Source of the DNA: Eledone cirrhosa
Lineage: Eukaryota
Assembly: GCA_964016885.1 (NCBI GenBank)
Contig: OZ024740.1
Span: 54,002,001-54,066,000, forward strand
Length of the DNA: 64,000 bases
Reading direction: 5' to 3'
A program made the translations under genes and the position numbers. This document shows positions 55,831-64,000 of the stretch, one piece after another. Position 1 is the first letter of the stretch. Each line of letters opens with the position of its first letter. The notes below the pieces were generated by a model. The model was not told the DNA's origin. It saw only the letters and a list, made by a program, of their open reading frames with translations, and searched no databases.

Positions 55831-55961
55831 TTTTTTTACTCAAGCAAGGTGATAGCCATTGAATGTGTGTGTTGCTGTTGGCAGTATTTTAGTGTGTTAA
55901 TTTTTTTGTTTGTTCTTTTTTATTTTTCTGATAATTGTTATTATATATATATAATTGTTAT

Positions 55962-55997
<36 letters not shown>

Positions 55998-56101
55998 AAT
56001 ATGTGCGCCTGTCTATGTGGGTATATATACATTTATATGCATGTATACATTTATATATGTGTATATGTATACATTTATATGTGTGTATATGTACATACAT
56101 G

Positions 56102-56144
<43 letters not shown>

Positions 56145-56332
56145 GTACTTACTGCCTCTATAATTTCTAGAAAGTAGCTAGATATTGAAACACGTACATC
56201 AATAATATATTGCTTTAAGTATATTGTTAGTCATTATTTTTATTTTTTACTACATTTTACCTTCAACATTTGTCATACACACAATACACACACTCAGACA
56301 CACGCACACACACACGCACCCCAACACACACT

Positions 56333-56364
<32 letters not shown>

Positions 56365-56401
56365 TATATATAATATATATATAATATATATAATATATAT
56401 A

Positions 56402-56432
<31 letters not shown>

Positions 56433-57061
56433 CAGTATATATATATATATGCATGTATTTACATATATGTATATTTATACGTATATCCAAACAACAACAC
56501 TCATACCCGCATAAATACATGCACTCATAAATATATTATTTAATTTTTATTTTATTTTATGTATGTAATGTATTTTTATGGCAAATAAATTCATTACAAT
56601 TCGCGATACGTAGTACATTTGCAGTAAGGTAGTGAAAAGAATATTAAAAGAAAAATTGAAATAATTGAATGATGTACATAAATTAATAAATACATTAACA
56701 ATGCATAAAACACAACCATAAAAAGAAAGAAAAAATGGCAGTACTAAAAGTTAAATTTTTGAAAACAAAATGTAAAAAAAAATAGAATTAAAAAAACATC
56801 CAGTAAATTAATCATAGATGTAATGAAGAAAATTTATATAAATGAAAACGTACTATCGCCTATAGATAATTTACCTTTCTTTACTTTAGAACACACGTCT
56901 CTAAACCTCGCGCTCTCCCCCTTATATTATTCATATCACCCCTCTCTCACTTTCGTTCTCCTCTCTGTCTCTCAGAGGAAATACATCCATGTAATTTTAT
57001 TTAATTTGTCACATTAATAAATCAATTAATTAATTATTTTATGATATTTCCAGGTTCTTCT

Positions 57062-57216
57062 TCTACCACTACTACAACTACTACTAGCAGAACCACCACC
57101 ACCACCACCATCGACAACAATAACAACAAGAACAACAACACGTCCATCACTACTACTACTAGTACTACTGCTACTACTACTACTATACCACTACTACTAC
57201 TACTACTACTCTACTA

Positions 57217-57253
<37 letters not shown>

Positions 57254-57255
57254 CG

Positions 57256-57293
<38 letters not shown>

Positions 57294-57330
57294 ACATCAC
57301 CACTAATAATAATAATAATATTAATAATAG
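57062..57330. repeat. Compound (ACT)n/(ACC)n/(AAC)n/(AAT)n trinucleotide microsatellite
   Basis: Directly visible. Confidence 0.95.
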
Positions 57331-57587
57331 TAAATGGCTATGCAACTATCACTCATCTTTCCACCTACAGCAGCCAAAGGCACCATTTTTCTATTCGATG
57401 CTTTAATTTTCAACAGATTCATATATAATTTAATATTCTCGTTTTAAAAATGAACACTTATTATTGTGGAATAGGTGATTTTTCTTCAATGCTATGTTTT
57501 TTTGTATATTATCTGGGTTTTTTTTTTGTTAATTCCTAATCAATATAATTTTCTGTAAATACTATATAATGCTTTTTGGTATTTTTT

Positions 57588-57641
<54 letters not shown>

Positions 57642-57734
57642 TTCATATATTTATAAATTTACGTACATGTCTATATATATATATCACTCTCAGTGTACAC
57701 TCACACACACACATACACCATATATATATATAAG

Positions 57735-57765
<31 letters not shown>

Positions 57766-57940
57766 ATACAACTGGCTTTTCCACATTATACATATTGTTA
57801 GCACCCCAAACACTAAAATTGGGTTTATATTTAAATATAACCTAATGTTTGTTGAGTGAGATGGTTACCAGTCAGAGTTTAGTTTTAAACTATCTCTGTT
57901 ATTGTATTAATTATATATATATATATATAAAAATAAATAA

Positions 57941-57995
<55 letters not shown>

Positions 57996-59529
57996 GTATA
58001 TATATGTGTGTGTGTGTTTGAATGAATACATGCATTAACATATGTACAAACATTACATAGTGATAGTTATCTGAAACAATGTGTTCAATTCATAACATTA
58101 TGATAGGAAAATGCATGTAAAGTTGAAATAAATAGATGAATACATAGACTCAGTGACAGCACCTAAGTTGTTGGAGTAACCAATTTTATTTTGACATCAA
58201 GATATATGTGATTACTGAAAGTTTGAAAGTTCGGAAGAATTTATAATGCCACCACAACTTACGTTACCTCAGGCTATATTTCAGACATTCGGAACTCAAT
58301 TATGCATGTTCTGTTAGTATTAAATTATGATTTTATATTTCTTTAATCAATAAAATGACAGCGGATAATAAAGGAATCAATAAATATTAGTATGCATTTC
58401 TGGGTTTATAACCATTTCTTTTTTCAGATCATTTACGTCTCTTCACAATACAGTTTCCTAAATCTCTCCGAAGATACTTCTATCCTCTATTGCATTTTAG
58501 CCGCAGGTCAATCCTGGTTATCAAGCACAGCTATGATCAAAATCATTTCATCCGGGACCATCAAGCATTTTACCCAAGACTAAATTATTTACTGTGTTCT
58601 TATCTTTCTGAAGATGCTAGGATGTGATTTGAGGTAGAGTTCGTTGTTATTTCTAGTTGTAAAAGTGCATTAAAATAATTAGTTTGATAAGAATGTAACA
58701 CAAGTTCGAAATACGCATAAAAAATGTCACAGCTTTTCTAATAAACCACCGAACCTGGATATGAATAATTAGCTAAGGATAAAAGGAATACATCAACCGT
58801 TTAAAGTAATACTTGCGTGTCAATGGAAACAAATAAATCTATTGTTTTGTTACAATGATATAAAACATCAAAGACAAAAGAAGAATTGCTCTCAGTGGGC
58901 TGTAATCAAAAACTGCTAAAATCTTCTAATTAAATAATTTTTATTGTCTGTTAATATGTACTTTTGAAGTTTTATTTCTATAATTAATAACTCAATCAAA
59001 GAAAGACATTTAGGCTTTCATAAGCCACTTATGGAAATTAAGGTATTTTAAGGAGGTTTTGTTCTCTAAACGAAGTGTAATTTCATGATATTTTATTCAT
59101 TAAGAACATTTCATTCAAAGCTAATTAATAATACTTTTTCCTTTTGGGGTTAGCATTCCTTCTCTGCCAAACTTTAAACCTCTTTGTAATATTTGCCTTG
59201 TGGGGCACCGTTATGTCCCTTATATTGACTCTTTGGAAAATTGAAGTGAAAATAATGATAAAACAATGAAATAAATATAAGAAAATATTCCGTTTTCTCT
59301 CTTTTTTCATTCTTTCTTTTCTTTTCCATAAAAGCTTGAAGATGAGTTTCAGCATGTATATGATACAGAAGTGCGAGTGAATGACCAGTGTTATCAATTT
59401 ATGTGGAGAAAACACCTATTCAAATGATACAGAACTACGAATGTGTTAGTAAGTACATCAAAATTATTTTTGTTCCGTATTGCGGATTTGATGAAACGAA
59501 CAACAATCATCAAGCAAATAATAATAATA

Positions 59530-59740
59530 ATTGTTTCTACTTTTGGCACAAGGCCAGCAATTACACAGTGTATTACTGGTCAAATAATAATAATAATAGT
59601 TTCGGATTAGGGACAAGGCCAGTAATTTTGGGGGAGAGGAAAGTCAATGAAATCGACCTCAGTGCATTACTGACATTTTCTTTTATCGACCCGTAAGGAT
59701 GGAAGGCAAAGCTAACCTCGGCAGGATTCGAACTCAAAAT
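59530..59740 (-). mobile_element. SINE family A pieces (two tails)
   Basis: TTGTTTCTACTTTTGGCACAAGGCCAGC and a second copy reaching GGATTCGAACTC. Confidence 0.8.
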
Positions 59741-59754
59741 ATTACGTTGCAGCC

Positions 59755-61885
59755 CATTATGTTACTGGCCACAAAGACTGACAGAGAGGGGCCAATACAA
59801 TAACTGGGACAGTGTGGATTTACAAACTTCGAGTAAAAATGATACAACATAACAAATAACCATACAATTATAACAATTAAAATGTCACATTAATGAGAGT
59901 ATCACTCAGGAGTGAATCAGGAACCCCATTCATCTTAAACCACCCTAATTTCCAAGAGCACAATTGGTGTACGCCCCTCTCCTCTCCAAACTAGCCAGCT
60001 TACAACCACATAGTCGAAGTCGGCCCATACAAATGGGTCATCTACGTTACAATCACACACCTTTTAACAAATATAATGAAAGCAGCACTTCCCTGTCCAA
60101 CCTCAACTTACTTTCTAAGTGGAACTGGAAAAAGTTGATGAGGGATTGGATGAAGCAAAAAGTGTCTGTCCTTTCTGTTGCATCCATCACACAACCTCTT
60201 TCGTTAAAACTACTAGGCAGAAGTAAACTGCCTGTTATTCCCGGCCAAAAGAAGGCGGCGAGGCGATTGTCACGAAGAACGTGACTGATAGCCGGATCTC
60301 TCCTACAGGTGATAATCTCTATTCGATAAAACTCCACAAGTCAGTAATGCACAGACACTGGATGAATGTGTGCAGAACGGTTTGGTCGCTCTGTGCGCAA
60401 CTCGACCAAGTCTGCCTAACAACACTCCCGTGCCCATAGAGTTTATCTCAAACCGGCAGTGCCAAGCGAGGGATTTCTGGAAATTATGCATAGTCCCCAG
60501 CTCGAAAGTCCACCGGGACAGATTTGCTAATTCGTTCTTGTCGACGCCTAGAATCTCTACGAGAGCGTGGTCGTTCATTCTCTATAGATTTCTAGAGTGG
60601 AATTTCCACTGACGACATTGTCTGTCTGCTAGAGAGTAGTAAGCGCTTGGCAACATTCCTGATGCCAAATACCCAGTCTCGGTCTCTTCTAGTCAAAGAG
60701 ACTAGTTAATGAAAACTTGTCTGAAAAAACGGTGACCACACCTTTTCATCGTTTAGGAGTATCTGAGTATTCCGTAGCCTCAGCACATGTTTGCGCATCA
60801 TGAGCCACAGCTTCCACCCCGCCGCATACACACACCTCGCCCCGCACAAAGAATGCTTATAGTAGATGGAACGCCTCAGTGATGGAATCTGTCAGTTTCA
60901 CAAGAAGTTGAAGAGCAGGTATTCCAAATTGGTGATCCGTGATAGGGGCCAAAGCACGATGGTCAGGCGGTAATTGATGACGAACGCGTTCGCCATCTCT
61001 CCCTGACTTTACAGGGATAGCTCCCCCTTGGCCCATTTCTGGGTGAGTGTGAGCACGCTGATCGTTACCTAGAGAGAGTTCTTATCCACGTGGAAGTCTG
61101 GTTCAAACCAAACCCCGAACAACTTCACCAGTCCGTCCATGAAGCGTTCGACGACGTTGTCGATCGGCATGGATTTGCCTCACTAGTTGCTGAGTTACAA
61201 ATCCAACAACTTTTCAGGCTTCAGTTTTGTTCTCGTCAATCATTCCTATTCCTCTAGGAAGTTGTCGACCATCTCCATTTGCTAGGTATTTGTCACCATC
61301 ACGGTGACGCCGTCCACATATGCTCTTACACGTCCCGGTTCGAGCAGGATGCGCTGCAACAGTTCTAGGTTCAGCAGCAATGGCTTGAGAGTCAATATGT
61401 ACAGAAGGAAAGAGAGAGGTCATCGTTGATGAGCGAGCGTGCGATCTGGAACGGTTCCGAATGAGGTACACCTATCAGGTACTGCTGCATTGCAGCAACC
61501 CAACCACTAAACACGGGACCGAAGCCGGCTGTCTTGAGGGTAGAATCCAAATATAGATGGTCGACCGTATCGAAAGCCTTCGGTTGATCTAAATTGATTA
61601 GAGCCCCACCAAAGCCAGGTTTCTTCCATAACCTCTCTATGATGTAACGCATAAGGTGGAGGTTGTCGAGTATGGACCTGTGGGGATTGCGCAGGTGTGC
61701 GTTCCTCTTACCAAGCTGTCGTAGACAAGCACCCACTTTGTTACTAGAAACTCGGCCAACATCTTAAACTGTCAGTTTAGCAGAGTTTGGGGCCTGAAGT
61801 TGTCTAAAACAGACCTCTTATCTCCATTATCAGCGAAATTATGCGCCGACACACAACACAAATTACTACCGTTCTGCTGCTAGTC
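59755..61885 (-). mobile_element. Older 5'-truncated Tx1 copy of the same family as 183-5919
   Basis: LDNLHLMRYIIER...GFGGALINLDQPKAFD, NFQKSLAWHC, QSLINFFQFHLE; 3' UTR 59762-59840 aligns with 207-290. Confidence 0.88.
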
Positions 61886-62440
61886 CCACAAAATTCCAAA
61901 GTGCCTCCTAGATGAATGAAACAAAGACAAAAGAGAAGAAAAAAGGCATGAAGTAAGATATCGTGTTAAAAAAAGAAACCCATATATACATTATATGTGA
62001 GTGTGTTGTGTGTGTGTGTGCAGAGACAAGTTTCTTATATTTTAGTAACAAACATAAAATCGCTCAATACATGTTCTAAAAGTGTAATATAACTTAATTT
62101 ATGTGAGATGAAAATGATTAACACACCCTAACGATGGTTTCGACCGGCTGCTCCTTCAAACGACCATAAAAGTAGTAGCGTGGAAAAGGAAGAATCTAAT
62201 TCAGAATAGGTGGAGTAGAAATTCTAGCTCATCTGGTCAAGTATATGTTATAGATCGTCGGGTGTCGTCTATAAATATATCAAGTAGCCAGATGAGATAC
62301 TTCAAGCCATCTTATCCGACGATTTAACAGTTACGCCAATTTACCTCGCTGGACTAGTCCATTATTTATCGAACCCAAAAAGAGTATAGGTGAATTGACC
62401 GCTTCGTCTATGTGTCTGTGCGTATTTCTGTGTCTATGTA

Positions 62441-62800
<360 letters not shown>

Positions 62801-64000
62801 TATACATATATATATATATGGGGTGGGATGGGGTCCACGTATGTACCTGTGTGTACCCTTGCGTGTGTGTATGTATGCGTGTGTGCGTTTGGATACCTTT
62901 ATAGTTAAGGAAATGCTTCTCAGTTCATGGCATGTTGTTTTAAAATCTAGTCATTTTCTTCGACGCTTAACGTCATTGACGCCAATCATCTCCTTGAAAA
63001 TATTTAGCAATAGACAAGGAATATAGATTTATGGCATCGATCGAAGTTCTTTTGTAACACCAATCTTATTCTATTATAGGAAATCTCTATATTGCGATTA
63101 CAGATCTTCAAATTTTACAGGTCAGGTATTTACATCATGTATGCTAAGATGGCCTCTTAATGTTTCATGACATATATTGTTTTTTCCCCATCAAAATGAC
63201 ACTAAACTAAGTCATTCACATTAAAATAATTAATATTCCTGGAGCAGACTTTGATCAGTGTTTCTATGAAGGTTTATTCACTTTTAGAAAGGTTAGCGAA
63301 TTAAGGGAAATATTCTGATAAGACTTGGGGTATATCGCCTCCATTTGATCACGTGAAACCTCTATAGAAAGTTGTTTCTTTTTATTTTCCTTTTACAGCT
63401 TTAGCTTCACAATAATAACCCGCTCTGTGATGAAATAGCTCTTTCTTTAACAATAAACTAGTGATAAAAAATTTACTCCCAACTATGTATACAAATGAAT
63501 CCATATTGGTAATATTTTGCTTTATATATTGTTATTTGTAGAAAATATATTACTACAAACACGAAAATAAACATAGTATTCTGGTTAAAATCAAAATACT
63601 AATGTTAATATAATGGGTATAACATGTTACTTTACGAAATTTAAGAAAGTAATCTTCGCGCAACTTTAATTGATATGATGAGCGAGATGATGTTTATAAG
63701 GTTAATTATGATCTTGGTTCTCATATTCTTGACTAACGAGGATACTTTTCGAAGGGAAAATGTGAATGGAATAAAATTTAATGATAAATCAAACATTGTT
63801 TTTCGGACTACATGTCGCGTATAGATTTAATTAAAAAGGAAAGAGGATACGCATGTATCATGCATGGTTCAACGAGATCATGCATAACTACACATTTCAG
63901 AGGATCATATTTCACTGAACAGCAATAGCAAATACTGTCGTTGAGAACATTTTTGATGTAGGAAATATTGTCTATTGAAGAACGTTAATCTGCATGGAAT

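Overview
Eukaryotic, AT-rich, microsatellite-saturated non-coding DNA. The SINE families and (TA)n/(CA)n density resemble a coleoid cephalopod (Octopus-like) genome; this taxon call is inference. No intact host gene is evident, only two weak candidate exons. Decayed mobile elements: a near full-length Tx1-clade LINE (183-5919, -) plus a second fragment (59755-61885); Penelope-like elements (PLEs) of Naiad-like (13415-15488, 18821-20857, 34920-36180) and Neptune-like (39080-42346) type; CR1, R4/Dong, mariner and maT (DD37D) fragments; and many tRNA-derived SINEs, several with 16-18 bp TSDs. The most interesting signal is an archipelago of more than a dozen fold-back or tandem elements embedded in (TA)n. 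They carry type I hammerhead ribozyme motifs (three families with a compensatory U3-A8 core, one 524-bp tandem retrozyme-like unit) and share a fixed inversion breakpoint and a short 3' tail motif (TACTC...TYGAGTRCTT) across otherwise dissimilar families. A second signal is a possible Tx1-SINE partnership targeting (ATT)n. All structures were read by eye and none was computed.
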